A stretch of DNA of 64,000 nucleotides from an uncultured Planctomycetales bacterium (GCA_964483785.1 CAZACW010000007.1:375-64374); one strand, 5' to 3'. Positions 10,090-19,867 are shown, counted from the stretch's first letter. Numbers and translations are program-made. The notes: generated from the sequence alone by a model not told the origin.

Positions 10090-11219
10090 TTATTTCGCGT
10101 CCTTCACAGCTTCGGTGACCGCCTGCCTCATCGAAGAAAAGATCGTTAAGCCGGCCTGGGTCAAAATGACCTTGGCCTCTTTTTCATTGGTGCCGGTCAA
10201 GCGGATGATCAAAGGCACCGGGATCTGGATCTGCTTTAAGGCCGTGACAATCCCGTTGGCGATATCATCACAGCGGGTGATGCCGCCGAAAATATTGATG
10301 AGGATGACCTTGATGTCCTTGTTGCGCAAAATGATCTTAAGGGCATTCAAGACCTTTTCCGGGTTCGAGGAGCCGCCCACGTCCAAAAAATTGGCCGGCC
10401 TGCCGCCCAAAAGATTGACCGCGTCCATGGTGCCCATGGCCAGGCCCGCGCCGTTGACGATACAGCCCACATTGCCTTCCAGCTTCACAAAGCTTAAGCC
10501 CTTTTGCTTGGCCTCCAGCTCGTCGGCATCCTCGTATTTCATGTCCCTTAAGGCGGCCAGCTCCGGATGGCGGTCCAGGCCGTTGTCATCGATGATCACC
10601 TTGGCGTCCGCGGCAATGAGATTGCCTTCGCCGTTGATGACAAAGGGATTGATCTCAGCCAGGGAACAGTCTTTCTCGAAAAATAGTTTCAGCAGTTTCT
10701 GCAGAATGGAGGTGGCGCTTTTTTGCAGGCGCGCATCGGGGAATAATTGGGCCACAATCGGCGCCCAGCGCGCCTCATCCAGGTTTTCCCGGCCCTGCAT
10801 GTAAAACTTGATGATTTCTCCGGATGGGTCTTGGCGGTTTCCTCGATTTCCACCCCGCCCTCGGCCGAGGCGATCACCACCACATCGCCCTTGATATTGT
10901 CAATGGTGACCGCCAGATAGTATTCCTTGCGGATATCAATGGCCCGCGCGACCAGTAAGCGGTCAACGGCATAGCCCTTGATGTTGAGATTTTTGATGCG
11001 GTTGAATTCCAGGACAAGCTCTTTATCGTTGCCCACCACCTTGACCCCGCCGGCCTTGCCGCGGCCGCCGACTAAGACCTGGGCCTTGATCACCACCGGA
11101 TACCCGGTTTTCTGGGCAATGGCCACGGCTTCCTGCGGCGTTTGGGCCACATCTCCTTTTGCGATGGGGATATCGTAAGCGGCGAATAAATTCCTGGCTT
11201 GGTATTCGTGGATCTTCAT
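10090..11219 (-). pseudogene. sucC: Succinyl-CoA synthetase beta subunit split by a 1-nt frameshift near 10815 (real lesion or sequencing error)
   Basis: MKIHEYQA...KAQVLVGGRGKAGGV (10689-11219) and EINP...NGAGLAM...NFLDVGG...NIFGGI (10090-10800) lie in different frames. One extra A at GAG AAA TC restores E-K-I-I-K-F-Y-M. Confidence 0.9.
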
Positions 11220-11303
11220 ACGCTTAAGTACTGAGAACTCCTGATGGTCATAAATGTCTGAATATTATCACAATTTTAAACAAATGCGCCATAAAAATCT
11301 ATT

Positions 11304-11371
11304 ATAATAGGGGACAGCGCCCTATTTTTCAGCTTAGGGTAAAATAAAAATAGGGCGCTGTCCCCTATTAT
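11304..11371. repeat. Inverted repeat element, family B (26-bp arms, 16-nt loop), copy 1
   Basis: ATAATAGGGGACAGCGCCCTATTTTT...AAAAATAGGGCGCTGTCCCCTATTAT; the right arm runs into the ATG at 11370. Confidence 0.95.
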
Positions 11372-13028
11372 GAATGCCTTTCTTGATTATATCGCCACCA
11401 AACGATGGCCAGGTATTGTCCTTATTATCCTCTTCGGCGTCATCGCTTATCACAATTGCCTGCCCAATGAGATGTTCTGGGACGATGACGATTTCATCAA
11501 CAATAACCGCTATATCCGCGATTTTCATGATTGGCCATTATGGTTTAGCCAGAACCTGGTGGCCGGCAGTTTTTTAGTCAGCAATTATTGGCGGCCGCTG
11601 TTATTGGCCATTTTTTCCGTGGAATGGCATCTTTGGCAGCGCTGGGTGTACGGCTGGCACGCGGTCACAGTCAGCTTCCATATCCTGGCAGCCCTGGCCC
11701 TTTATGCTTTGATCCACCGGCTTTTTAGCAGGCGCCTGCTGGCCCTTTTATGCGCCCTGATTTTTGTAGTGCACCCCGTACACAACGAAGCGGTCTGCTA
11801 TGTCAACAGCATGGGTGATTCCCTGGCGAGCTTCCTTCTATTATCCAGCCTCGTCTGCTTTACCCGTTTCCGGCAATCCCAACAGCCGGCCTGGGCTTCC
11901 CGCGCATACTGGGCGGCCCTGCTTTTGTACCCTTTAAGTATGCTTTCCAAGGAAACCGGCTTTGTGCTGGCCGGCCTGCTTCCCCTGACCGATTTTCTCC
12001 TGCTTTCCAAGGACAAAAATTTTTGGCGCCGCGCCGGGCAAACCGCGGCCGCGGTCTGGCCCTTTCTTGTCCTTGCGGTCATTTACATTATCCTGCGCGG
12101 CACGGTGCTGAATTTTAACAACAGCTTTAATTTCTACAACGCCCACAATGATTTCACCAATCACCCCAGCATCCGGGTGATGACCTTTTTCAAGGCCATG
12201 ACGCAGTATGCGGGCTTTTTGTTTGTCCCCTATCAATTGCGGGTGGAACGCAATATGCCCTGGGCCCAATCCCTGTTGGAATGGGATGTGCTTTGGGGCG
12301 GCTTGATCGTCGGGGCCATGCTTTGGGCCGCATTCAAATATTGGAGGACCAAGCCCTGGCTTGCCTTTGGCGTAGGATGGTTTTTTATCGCTATTGCCCC
12401 GGCTTCGAACGTTTTGGTGCCCATCAATGCCGTGATCTACGAGCATTTTCTGTACATGCCCATGATCGGCGTCACCCTGATCGCGGTTTATGCTGGACTG
12501 GACTGGGCCCAAAAACGCCAACGCACTGCGACGCTGGTCAAGGTCCTGGCCGTGATCCTGGTCCTTTTTTGCGCCATCAATATCCACCGCAATTTAGACT
12601 GGCGCACCTCCATCGGCTTTTACGAACAGCTGATCACCTATCAGCCCAATGATTACAGGGTCATCAATAATTTAGGGATGGAATACGCGAATAAAGGCAT
12701 TCATGACAAGGCCCTGGCCACGTATTTGAAGGCCATTGCCCTGGACCCTCAAAACCCCGTGGCCTATCATAATATCGCCGGCACCTACCGCGACACCGGC
12801 CACATTGACCTGGCCCTGCAGAATTTTCAAAAGGCCATTGAGCTTAATCACAACTTTATTTTTTCCTACCGTTCCCTGGCGGATATTTACTGGAGGCTGG
12901 GGCAATGGGAGAACTGCCGGCGCTGTTTGCTGGCGATTTTGAGTTTCGACCCCACGGATGCCAATGTCCGTCAGGTCCTGCAGGAAGTGGAACAGAGATT
13001 AAAACCATCACAACCCCCGGGGTTGTGA
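11370..13028 (+). CDS. Multi-pass membrane protein with C-terminal TPRs (TMTC/GT-C protein O-mannosyltransferase-like)
   Basis: FWDDDDFI, YWRPL, HPVHNEAV, SKE and EHFLYMP motifs; about 10 TM helices, then TPR repeats. Confidence 0.85.
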   Translation: MNAFLDYIATKRWPGIVLIILFGVIAYHNCLPNEMFWDDDDFINNNRYIRDFHDWPLWFSQNLVAGSFLVSNYWRPLLLAIFSVEWHLWQRWVYGWHAVTVSFHILAALALYALIHRLFSRRLLALLCALIFVVHPVHNEAVCYVNSMGDSLASFLLLSSLVCFTRFRQSQQPAWASRAYWAALLLYPLSMLSKETGFVLAGLLPLTDFLLLSKDKNFWRRAGQTAAAVWPFLVLAVIYIILRGTVLNFNNSFNFYNAHNDFTNHPSIRVMTFFKAMTQYAGFLFVPYQLRVERNMPWAQSLLEWDVLWGGLIVGAMLWAAFKYWRTKPWLAFGVGWFFIAIAPASNVLVPINAVIYEHFLYMPMIGVTLIAVYAGLDWAQKRQRTATLVKVLAVILVLFCAINIHRNLDWRTSIGFYEQLITYQPNDYRVINNLGMEYANKGIHDKALATYLKAIALDPQNPVAYHNIAGTYRDTGHIDLALQNFQKAIELNHNFIFSYRSLADIYWRLGQWENCRRCLLAILSFDPTDANVRQVLQEVEQRLKPSQPPGL

Positions 13029-13032
13029 TGGT
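13004..13032. repeat. Family A palindrome, copy 2 (supplies last codons and stop of the TPR gene)
   Basis: ACCATCACAACCCCCGGGGTTGTGATGGT between convergent genes. Confidence 0.95.
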
Positions 13033-13812
13033 CTAAATTAAGATTTGTTTAAAAAATTTCTGCATTTCATCCCACGAGGCCTTGTCCGCGTCTGCGTTAT
13101 ACAAGGCGCCGGGCGGGTCAATGCCCTTATTGTCCGGGTTGGTAAAGCCGTGCATGGCGCCGGGGTATTTGATCAGGCGGTAATCGACCTTGGCTGTCTT
13201 CATCTCTTCTTCAAAGGCCGCCACTTCCTCAGGCTTGACATAGGGGTCTGCATCACCGTGCAGGACCAGGACCTTGGTCTTGATATTTTTAGCATCCTGC
13301 GGGGTCGGGGTGCTTAAGCCCCCGTGAAAACTGACAATGCCCTTAATATCCGCGCCGCTGCGGGCCAATTCCAAAACAGCGGTACCGCCGAAACAATAGC
13401 CGATGGCCGCCAGCTTGGATGGGTCCACGTTGGCTTGTGATTTGAGGGCATCCAACCCGGCATTGACGCGCGCCCTGAAAAGCGCCCGGTCGCCCTTGTA
13501 TTTCCCCGCGGCGGCACCCGCCTCTGCCGTGGTTTGCGGTTGGGCCCCTTTGCCGTAAATGTCCGCGGCAAAGGCCACGTAGCCCAGTTGTGCCAGCATA
13601 TCTGCCCGCCGTTTGGCATAGGCATTAAGCCCTTTCCATTCATGCACCACCAGAACTCCTGGGCGCTGGCCGCTCAAAGCATTATCATAAGCCAGATAGC
13701 CTTCTAAAACCGTATCGCCCTGCTTATAGTCCACAAGCCGGGTCGTTAAGGCGGCCCAGGATGTTGCGGCCGCGCCTGTCAAAGCCATTAAAAAAACCAA
13801 AAGTAAACGCAT
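13033..13812 (-). CDS. Dienelactone hydrolase family protein, secreted
   Basis: Signal peptide, VVHEWKG, GYCFGG nucleophile, HGDADP, HGFTNP. Confidence 0.92.
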   Translation of the reverse strand: MRLLLVFLMALTGAAATSWAALTTRLVDYKQGDTVLEGYLAYDNALSGQRPGVLVVHEWKGLNAYAKRRADMLAQLGYVAFAADIYGKGAQPQTTAEAGAAAGKYKGDRALFRARVNAGLDALKSQANVDPSKLAAIGYCFGGTAVLELARSGADIKGIVSFHGGLSTPTPQDAKNIKTKVLVLHGDADPYVKPEEVAAFEEEMKTAKVDYRLIKYPGAMHGFTNPDNKGIDPPGALYNADADKASWDEMQKFFKQILI

Positions 13813-13839
13813 CTTAAGTTCCCCTTTATTTAACGTTCG

Positions 13840-13868
13840 ACCATCACAACCCCGGGGGTTGTGATGGT
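13840..13868. repeat. Family A palindrome, copy 3
   Basis: ACCATCACAACCCCGGGGGTTGTGATGGT (opposite orientation). Confidence 0.95.
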
Positions 13869-13891
13869 CTGCTAAACATATCTTTACATGT

Positions 13892-14572
13892 TTAATACGA
13901 CGTTGTCGAACCGACGTTATTTAATACTTTTTCCCCCATCAAAATGGGGTCCACCGGCTTGGCGTCGATTCTAAGCCCGCCGTCGTGCTCGATATGGATG
14001 GTGTAAAGATACCCTGGAATAAACACAACCCCCGGCGCCTCGATCTGCACGCTTTTGACACCCGCCTTCCTGGCCCTGACCTCATCAAAGGCAAAGCGCC
14101 AGAAATCATGCCAGAACCTGTTTTCAAAACCGCTGGTCTTGCCTGGCACCTTATAGCCGCCCGGCACCTCATCCACCTGGGTGATGGGAAATTCCTGGGT
14201 CTTGCTGCCGTCGAGCACAAAGGCCTTCCAGAACAGGTACACGCTTTTGCCTTTGAACAGATCGCCGGCAGCCACGAATTTGTCCTCGAAGCGCACCACC
14301 AGGGACTGAAACTGGATCAATTTTCCGCTGAAGGTGAAATATTTAGGGGCCAGGGGCTGATTGTCCGTGTCATATTCGACAAACTTGATGGTGGTTTTGT
14401 CGCGGCGGCTCGCCTCATCAAAATTCACGTCGGTGACTAAGACCTGCGCGGCCCGCGATTCCGCCTGCAGGCGCTGCAGCATCTCTTTGTACACATGCTC
14501 GCGCCTAAGATGCCAGACCAGCCAAAAACCGGCCAGGACCAGGAAAAAAACGATGATGAGCGTCCTGTTCAT
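13892..14572 (-). CDS. Hypothetical protein with N-terminal membrane anchor
   Basis: 226-aa ORF, single N-terminal TM, host-like codon usage. Confidence 0.75.
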   Translation of the reverse strand: MNRTLIIVFFLVLAGFWLVWHLRREHVYKEMLQRLQAESRAAQVLVTDVNFDEASRRDKTTIKFVEYDTDNQPLAPKYFTFSGKLIQFQSLVVRFEDKFVAAGDLFKGKSVYLFWKAFVLDGSKTQEFPITQVDEVPGGYKVPGKTSGFENRFWHDFWRFAFDEVRARKAGVKSVQIEAPGVVFIPGYLYTIHIEHDGGLRIDAKPVDPILMGEKVLNNVGSTTSY

Positions 14573-14633
14573 GGGCTTATTCTACTTGAAAATTCTATTG
14601 GCGTATCTTGTTTTTTTCGTTATCATTGGCTTT

Positions 14634-15263
14634 ATGGAATTTGTACATCATGTGATCGGCTTTTTTGTGCATCTGGACCAGCACATGGCCTATATCAGTT
14701 CCCATTACGGCAACTGGGCCTACCTGATCATCTTTGCCATCATTTTTTGCGAAACCGGCCTGGTCGTGACCCCTTTTCTGCCCGGGGACTCCCTGCTCTT
14801 TGTCCTGGGCGCCATGGCCGCGGTCGGGGACATGCACCTGGCGCTTTTGATCCTGCTCTTGTCCGCCGCCGCCGTCGGCGGCAATTTGGTCAATTACACC
14901 GTCGGTGTTTTCCTGTCTGAAAAGGTGGTCCATAAGCAGGCCATCCCCTTTGTCAAGCAGGCCTATATTGAGCGCACCCATGCCTATTTTGAAAAATACG
15001 GGGCCAAGACCATTATCATCACGCGCTTTGTCCCTATCCTGCGCACCTTTGCGCCGTTTATGGCCGGGGTAGGGAACATGTCTTTCGGTAAATTCTTTCT
15101 TTATAATGCCGTGGGCGGCGTGGGCTGGGTCCTGGTGGGTGTATTAAGCGGATTTTTCTTCGGCAATCTGCCTTTTGTGCGGGACCATTTTTCGCTGGTG
15201 GTGCTGGCGATCGTGTTTATCTCCCTCATCCCCGCGGTCGTGGAATATATCAAGGCCCGTTAA
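14634..15263 (+). CDS. DedA family membrane protein
   Basis: FCETGLVVTPFLPGDSLLF and RFVPILRTFAPF motifs; start moved to ATG 14634. Confidence 0.93.
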   Translation: MEFVHHVIGFFVHLDQHMAYISSHYGNWAYLIIFAIIFCETGLVVTPFLPGDSLLFVLGAMAAVGDMHLALLILLLSAAAVGGNLVNYTVGVFLSEKVVHKQAIPFVKQAYIERTHAYFEKYGAKTIIITRFVPILRTFAPFMAGVGNMSFGKFFLYNAVGGVGWVLVGVLSGFFFGNLPFVRDHFSLVVLAIVFISLIPAVVEYIKAR

Positions 15264-15697
15264 TCGCGGTCTGGCCGGTGTTTCCCCATCAAGGTCACAA
15301 ATTTCGCAAACTGCGCGGGCGTTAGAATCGACCTGACGCCTAAGATGCCGTCTAACTTATTGTCCTCCATCTGGGACTGCAGGGCCTTGATCTGGCCATG
15401 AATGGCCATGACCTTAGGCATATCCAGCTGGGGTTTCATCAACTCCGCCTTCATTGATTCCCTGTCCTGCTTCATTTCCTGACGGATCACGTCCATTTTC
15501 CCGTGGTGCTTTTCCTTGTTGGCATCCAGCTGTTTCCTCTGCTCGTCGGTCAGGTCCAGCTGTTTGAAGACAGCTTCGATATGCTGTTTGAAATGCTCCT
15601 TCTCCTGCGGCCCCGGCTCCTGCGCCAAGCCTAACGACCAGGCGCCAAGCGTGTACAGCGCCAGGCCAAAGACCATGACTTGTTTGATTTTTCTCAT
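15260..15697 (-). CDS. Spy/CpxP-family periplasmic protein
   Basis: Signal peptide; two LTxxQ motifs (LDLTDEQ, ILTPAQ). Confidence 0.85.
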   Translation of the reverse strand: MRKIKQVMVFGLALYTLGAWSLGLAQEPGPQEKEHFKQHIEAVFKQLDLTDEQRKQLDANKEKHHGKMDVIRQEMKQDRESMKAELMKPQLDMPKVMAIHGQIKALQSQMEDNKLDGILGVRSILTPAQFAKFVTLMGKHRPDRD

Positions 15698-15715
15698 AAG
15701 ACCAACCCCCTTGAT

Positions 15716-16204
15716 TTATAAAAAATAATGCTCAATGGCGGTTTTGCCGTCATTGTTATCATTAAGGGCCAATGGGCCTGTGGGCTCCAGCAGGGAACTT
15801 AAATATTCCCCTTGTTCCTTGTCCTTGGCCTGTTGAAGGCGCATGGTGTTCAAGGTCACGGACCCGGCCAAAAATATCAGGATAAAACTGGCCAAAACCG
15901 GGACCAGCCTCGGCCATATCAGCCATCCTTTTAGATTTTCGATGAATTCTTCCAAGGGGCCTTCAGCGGCCTGGCCCTGGCGCTCGAGCTTTTCCCTGAT
16001 ATTCTCCCAAAGCTGGGCAGGCACCGGCTGCTGGGGCAGGCCGGCAAAAGGCAGGACCGCATTGTTCCTGACCTCTTTGTAAAAGGCGCGGCAATCCGCG
16101 CAATCCTGCAGATGGGATTCCAGGCCGCCGCTAAGTTCCTGGCCGGCCTCAGCGTCCATATAATCCGTCAGGATCAGGTCTTTAAATTGGTCACACTTTT
16201 TCAT
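15716..16204 (-). CDS. Zinc-finger (zf-HC2) anti-sigma factor
   Basis: HLQDCADC motif, one TM helix, overlaps the sigma gene. Confidence 0.85.
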   Translation of the reverse strand: MKKCDQFKDLILTDYMDAEAGQELSGGLESHLQDCADCRAFYKEVRNNAVLPFAGLPQQPVPAQLWENIREKLERQGQAAEGPLEEFIENLKGWLIWPRLVPVLASFILIFLAGSVTLNTMRLQQAKDKEQGEYLSSLLEPTGPLALNDNNDGKTAIEHYFL

Positions 16205-16742
16205 AATCCACCTTCCTTAAACTCAGCAATTTCTCACGGGACCTTTTCAGGCGCGAGCGCACGGTATTGATGTTGATATTCAAGGACCGGGCAATATCTT
16301 CATAGCTTAGGCCCTGGATATCGCGCAAGACCACACAGGCCCTTTGGTCAGGGTTGAGCTCAGCCAGCAGGCTTTCCACCAGCTTGCTGCGATGTTCCGC
16401 GTCCATCCGGGCCAGGACCTCGTTGTCCACCGCGCCCTCGCCGAAAGCCTCTTCAAAAGGGGTGGTTTTGACCCGCGAGGCCTTTTTGGCGAAATTGATT
16501 GCGTGATTGGCCGTGATCCTGTAGGCCCAGGTCTTAAATGAAGACTCAAAACGAAAGGTCTTGAGCTTATGATAGACGGCCATAAAGACCTCCTGGGAGA
16601 CTTCCAGGGCATCTTCCCTATTATTGACGATTCTCAGGGCCACGTTATAAACGAAGCTGCTGCTTTTCTGGTACACCTCTTCAAAAGCCTGCCGGTCGCC
16701 CTGGGAGGCCCTGATCAATATGTCCTTGCCTATGTCTTCCAT
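16191..16742 (-). CDS. ECF sigma-70 factor
   Basis: DALEVSQEVF, FKTWAYRITAN, GLSYEDIA...TVRSRLKR. Confidence 0.93.
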   Translation of the reverse strand: MEDIGKDILIRASQGDRQAFEEVYQKSSSFVYNVALRIVNNREDALEVSQEVFMAVYHKLKTFRFESSFKTWAYRITANHAINFAKKASRVKTTPFEEAFGEGAVDNEVLARMDAEHRSKLVESLLAELNPDQRACVVLRDIQGLSYEDIARSLNININTVRSRLKRSREKLLSLRKVDYEKV

Positions 16743-16791
16743 CAGCACCTTCTAACCTTTAGACAACAAAAGGGAGCCTAAAGTTCCCTGT

Positions 16792-17169
16792 TCAATCGCC
16801 GTCTTCCCGGCTGATCTCCATATGAAATTCGTGCAAAAAGCGGTGGATCAGGGGCGCGAAAATGATGGCCAAAACCATGTAAAACACCACCGCGGTCAAG
16901 ACCGCGTAAACCGTTGTAAAAATTTTGCCTCCATCCGTGTGCAAGGTATCGGTGAGCCCCAGGCCGGTCATCACCAGCACTGCGTTCATCACTGCATCCA
17001 CCCAGGAAAAGCCCTCAACGCCATGATAAACAACGGCGCCCAGGGCAATGGTGGCAACCAGCATCAAAAGGGCCAGGCCGAAACACCTGGTGACCCTTTG
17101 CCAGAACATTTTCTTGGAAATCAGGGGCTGGCGGTGGTGTTCAAAGATCGTAAAGAATTTTCTGCTCAT
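16792..17169 (-). CDS. Small two-TM ion-channel-like membrane protein
   Basis: EGFSWVDAVMNAVLVMTGLG pore-helix-like segment between two TMs. Confidence 0.7.
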   Translation of the reverse strand: MSRKFFTIFEHHRQPLISKKMFWQRVTRCFGLALLMLVATIALGAVVYHGVEGFSWVDAVMNAVLVMTGLGLTDTLHTDGGKIFTTVYAVLTAVVFYMVLAIIFAPLIHRFLHEFHMEISREDGD

Positions 17170-17354
17170 CCTTCCTCCTCGCTGTCTTTGAGAAGTTTCT
17201 TGATATGGTGCCGCTGGATTTTATTCGGTACAAATTTTCCCATAAACCACCTGTTGACCGTGACAAAGGTAACCCCAAGGATCCCAGCCAATTTGGTCTG
17301 TGATATCTTGTGCTCGAGGCGGTAGTCTTCCAATTTTTTGATCAATTTACTCAT
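17166..17354 (-). CDS. XRE-family HTH regulator
   Basis: ISQTKLAGILGVTFVTVNRW HTH; iterated TATCA(T/C)(T/A)TTA repeats upstream (17363-17394). Confidence 0.85.
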   Translation of the reverse strand: MSKLIKKLEDYRLEHKISQTKLAGILGVTFVTVNRWFMGKFVPNKIQRHHIKKLLKDSEEEG

Positions 17355-17510
17355 GATTTTAACATCATTTTATATCACATTATATCATTTTATAAAACAG
17401 AATTTTAAAAATTCAATATCTTTTTATAGCACAATAGATCTTCTTATATCCTAATTTTGCGTAGTTGGTCAGTCTCGATTATTGTAAGTCCTAAAGCTCA
17501 ATAATACCAT

Positions 17511-18306
17511 CTATTTCCCGAGGTTTCTTTGCCACCCTGCTGCCACGGCTGGTGTAGTTCCAAGGCTCTGATGGACGCGGCAGAAGTTATAATACATAAA
17601 GTGAAGGGCCACGGCACACGCTAAATTGTTCACCTTCTTTGAGAACGCATTGGTCAATCGAGTAAATCTTCTCATACTCATCCGCATTGTCAAGTTCTGT
17701 CTTTCAACAAAGTTTGTCGATATGTGGCGGCTCCCAGGGGTTCCGTTGATCTTGGTTTTCTCTGCACCAATGCAGACAGGCGGGCTGTATTTGCTTTTTC
17801 CTTCAAAGGCGTAATCAAGGTCGTAAATCTTATGGAGTTGGCGTAGTCAATCAGTGCCGAATACCTGGCCACAACATAGTGTTTCAGACCGTCTGTGGCC
17901 AGCTGTACCCTGTTTTTAAGGCTCCTGCCAGGTCTTGGATGAAAACCCCTTGCAGAAGTGGCATTCCTCTGCCCCCAATATACCATGAAGGCACCAGCTT
18001 GGTGTCCGCACATATAGCCGTCCAAGTCCATACATCCCCATAGCCAAATTGACCTCGCTTGTCTTTAGGGATATTCCGTTCTTTTGAGTAGCAGAATGAC
18101 CAGATTTCGTCGCATTGGAGGCGTTTACAGGGCAAATCCTTGAATATGCGGTCTTGCTATTCCGTACAGACCGCCCCCAGATCGCATAATAGCTTCAATA
18201 CTGTGCCTTTGGCGACGCCCGTCATACGGCAGGTGGCTCTAATGGAGTTCTCTTCCACTAAGGACGCTACTACCTGCTTACCCTTTTCTCTGGTCAATTG
18301 GTTCAT
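17511..18306 (-). pseudogene. IS1-family-like DDE transposase, inactivated
   Basis: Fragments MNQLTREK...SIRATCRMTGVAKGTV, QCDEIWSFC...GDVWTWTAICADTKLV, QLATDG, MRRFTRLTNAFSKK...YYNFCRVH. In-frame TAG at 18157 plus frameshifts. Confidence 0.9.
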
Positions 18307-18331
18307 GCTTCTACCCTCACTTTCTAAGGGC

Positions 18332-18360
18332 ATCATACTTGAGCGGTCAAGTATTGTCAA
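18332..18360 (-). promoter_or_regulatory. Transposase sigma70 promoter with embedded palindromic operator
   Basis: TTGACA-17nt-TATGAT on the minus strand, overlapping palindrome ATACTTGACCGCTCAAGTAT. Confidence 0.75.
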
Positions 18361-18399
18361 AAAAATATTGCCTTATTCAGTAAGAATCATGTTTGTTCT

Positions 18400-18972
18400 T
18401 TACGATCTTTTTATTTGGAAAGGCGCTACGAATTCTTTGGTAAGGACAGTTCTTTCATCACAATTTTCCCACAATTCTCGATGGGGAGCGCATTCACCGC
18501 TTCCATGATAGAGATGGACAAATACCCCTTCCTTTCTTGCGACCTCGACTGCTGGAAGGAAATCACTATCCCCAGTAATTAGAATAGCATGAGAAATCAT
18601 CCTCTTTGCAGAAAGCAACACCAAGTCCACTCCGAGGGAAATATCGACTCTTTTTTGTTCAAATATGGGCCTATTGTCTACTTTATTTATTCCCCTATAT
18701 TCCAATTTGCCATACCTAACATCAAATCGTGGCAATTGTTTCAAATTATGGAAAAAGGAAGAAGCTTTTGAAAATCGAACACTTTCTTCTTGCGTTGGAG
18801 GATTGCTCTGATATGGCAAACAATTATAATAATGGGTCCTTAATAAATCCATGTTGCCTGCGAGCGCTTCCGCCAATTTCCCAAGATGGATATTAGGCAA
18901 ACATAAGTCTTTCTTACCCACATAACTAAGATATGCCCCATCAATAAAAATGGCTACACGCGTTCCGATCAT
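18400..18972 (-). CDS. NYN domain (LabA/DUF88, PIN-like) ribonuclease
   Basis: AIFIDGAY, EQKRVDISLGVD, LITGDSDFLPAV motifs; AGGAGG RBS before ATG 18972. Confidence 0.92.
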   Translation of the reverse strand: MIGTRVAIFIDGAYLSYVGKKDLCLPNIHLGKLAEALAGNMDLLRTHYYNCLPYQSNPPTQEESVRFSKASSFFHNLKQLPRFDVRYGKLEYRGINKVDNRPIFEQKRVDISLGVDLVLLSAKRMISHAILITGDSDFLPAVEVARKEGVFVHLYHGSGECAPHRELWENCDERTVLTKEFVAPFQIKRS

Positions 18973-18997
18973 ACACCCTCCTAAAGTTGTCATTTAC

Positions 18998-19031
18998 AAA
19001 ATAAAACGCCTCCCAACACAAAGGAGGCGTT
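18998..19031 (-). terminator. Intrinsic terminator upstream of the NYN gene
   Basis: AACGCCTCC-9nt-GGAGGCGTT followed by TTATTTT on the minus strand. Confidence 0.75.
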
Positions 19032-19094
19032 ATGTTTTACCGCCATTCAAGATTGCTCTTGGACGGCGGGGATTATCTTTAGGATGTTTCGTCT
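18998..19094 (-). ncRNA. Putative ~95-nt structured leader/small RNA preceding NYN
   Basis: Promoter TTGACA(19129-19124)-17nt-CATACT; hairpin CCGCCGTCCAAGA-GCAA-TCTTGAATGGCGG; then the terminator. Confidence 0.5.
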
Positions 19095-19172
19095 GCTTTA
19101 AGTATGCACTACAAAATTAGTTCTGTCAAGCTTAAGCAAATAATAATCTATGGCACATGCCATTGTCAAGGA

Positions 19173-19391
19173 TTATTTTTCCCAGCGCTTTTGTGCGGCT
19201 TTTTGAGCAATTTCCCGACGACGTTTTGCAGAAAGGACTTCGGCCCTGGCCTTGCCCCCTTTAAGTCCCCCAAGACGGCCCAAGGCAACGGCGGCAGGAT
19301 TTTTTTCAGGACTTGCTTCTGCGGATTGCATGACCTGCCCAAGCATGGAAGCAGCTATTTGATTTTCGTCTTTGCTTGAACGCTTAGGCAT
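19173..19391 (-). CDS. Small basic protein associated with IS1-like elements
   Basis: KNPAAVALGRLGGLKGGKARA...RRREIAQKAAQKRW. Confidence 0.85.
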   Translation of the reverse strand: MPKRSSKDENQIAASMLGQVMQSAEASPEKNPAAVALGRLGGLKGGKARAEVLSAKRRREIAQKAAQKRWEK

Positions 19392-19459
19392 GGATGAATT
19401 GTATCACAATTTTTAAAATTTGCAAATTTAATTACCTGCCGAGACACCCCGTTTGATTA

Positions 19460-19487
19460 TTGACAGCCCCTCTCACAAGAGTATAAT
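19460..19487 (+). promoter_or_regulatory. Consensus sigma70 promoter of the hicBA-like pair
   Basis: TTGACA-16nt-TATAAT; GGAGGAGG RBS before 19532. Confidence 0.8.
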
Positions 19488-19531
19488 AAATCGGGTTATT
19501 AAACCAAGTTAAATACACGGGAGGAGGAAAT

Positions 19532-19867
19532 ATGGGATTACAATGCGTAATTAAATTATCAGTCGCTTTCAGACAAGACCCGGAAACGAATCTATTCGTT
19601 GGGTTTTGTCAAGATTTAGGAGTTTATTCTCAAGGGATAACTCACAAAGAAGCAGAAGATGGATTGGCAAGCGCCATTAATTTATTCTTAAAACATGGCG
19701 GTTTTGAAAAATTGATGAAAGAAAAGGGATTTAATACCATCAAGGCCTGCCCTGAAAGGAATTTGGCCATTGCAGGAGATTTAATAGAAAATTACAGTAG
19801 CATAGGTAGCTTTGATTTACCTGCTCAAATCCGAAGGGAAGATGCTGTATGCCAGCCCTGCCACTAA
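19532..19867 (+). CDS. HicB-like antitoxin-fold protein
   Basis: FVGFCQDLGVYSQGITHKEAEDGLASAINLFL resembles the HicB N-terminal fold. Confidence 0.7.
   Translation: MGLQCVIKLSVAFRQDPETNLFVGFCQDLGVYSQGITHKEAEDGLASAINLFLKHGGFEKLMKEKGFNTIKACPERNLAIAGDLIENYSSIGSFDLPAQIRREDAVCQPCH

Noticed and set aside
14361-14633. N-terminal extension of DedA given by the track
   Set aside because: Overlaps the divergent gene at 13892-14572; DedA homology starts near ATG 14634
18157-18159. In-frame TAG in the transposase as programmed readthrough or recoding
   Set aside because: Further frameshifts show general decay, and TAG is used as a normal stop elsewhere in the window
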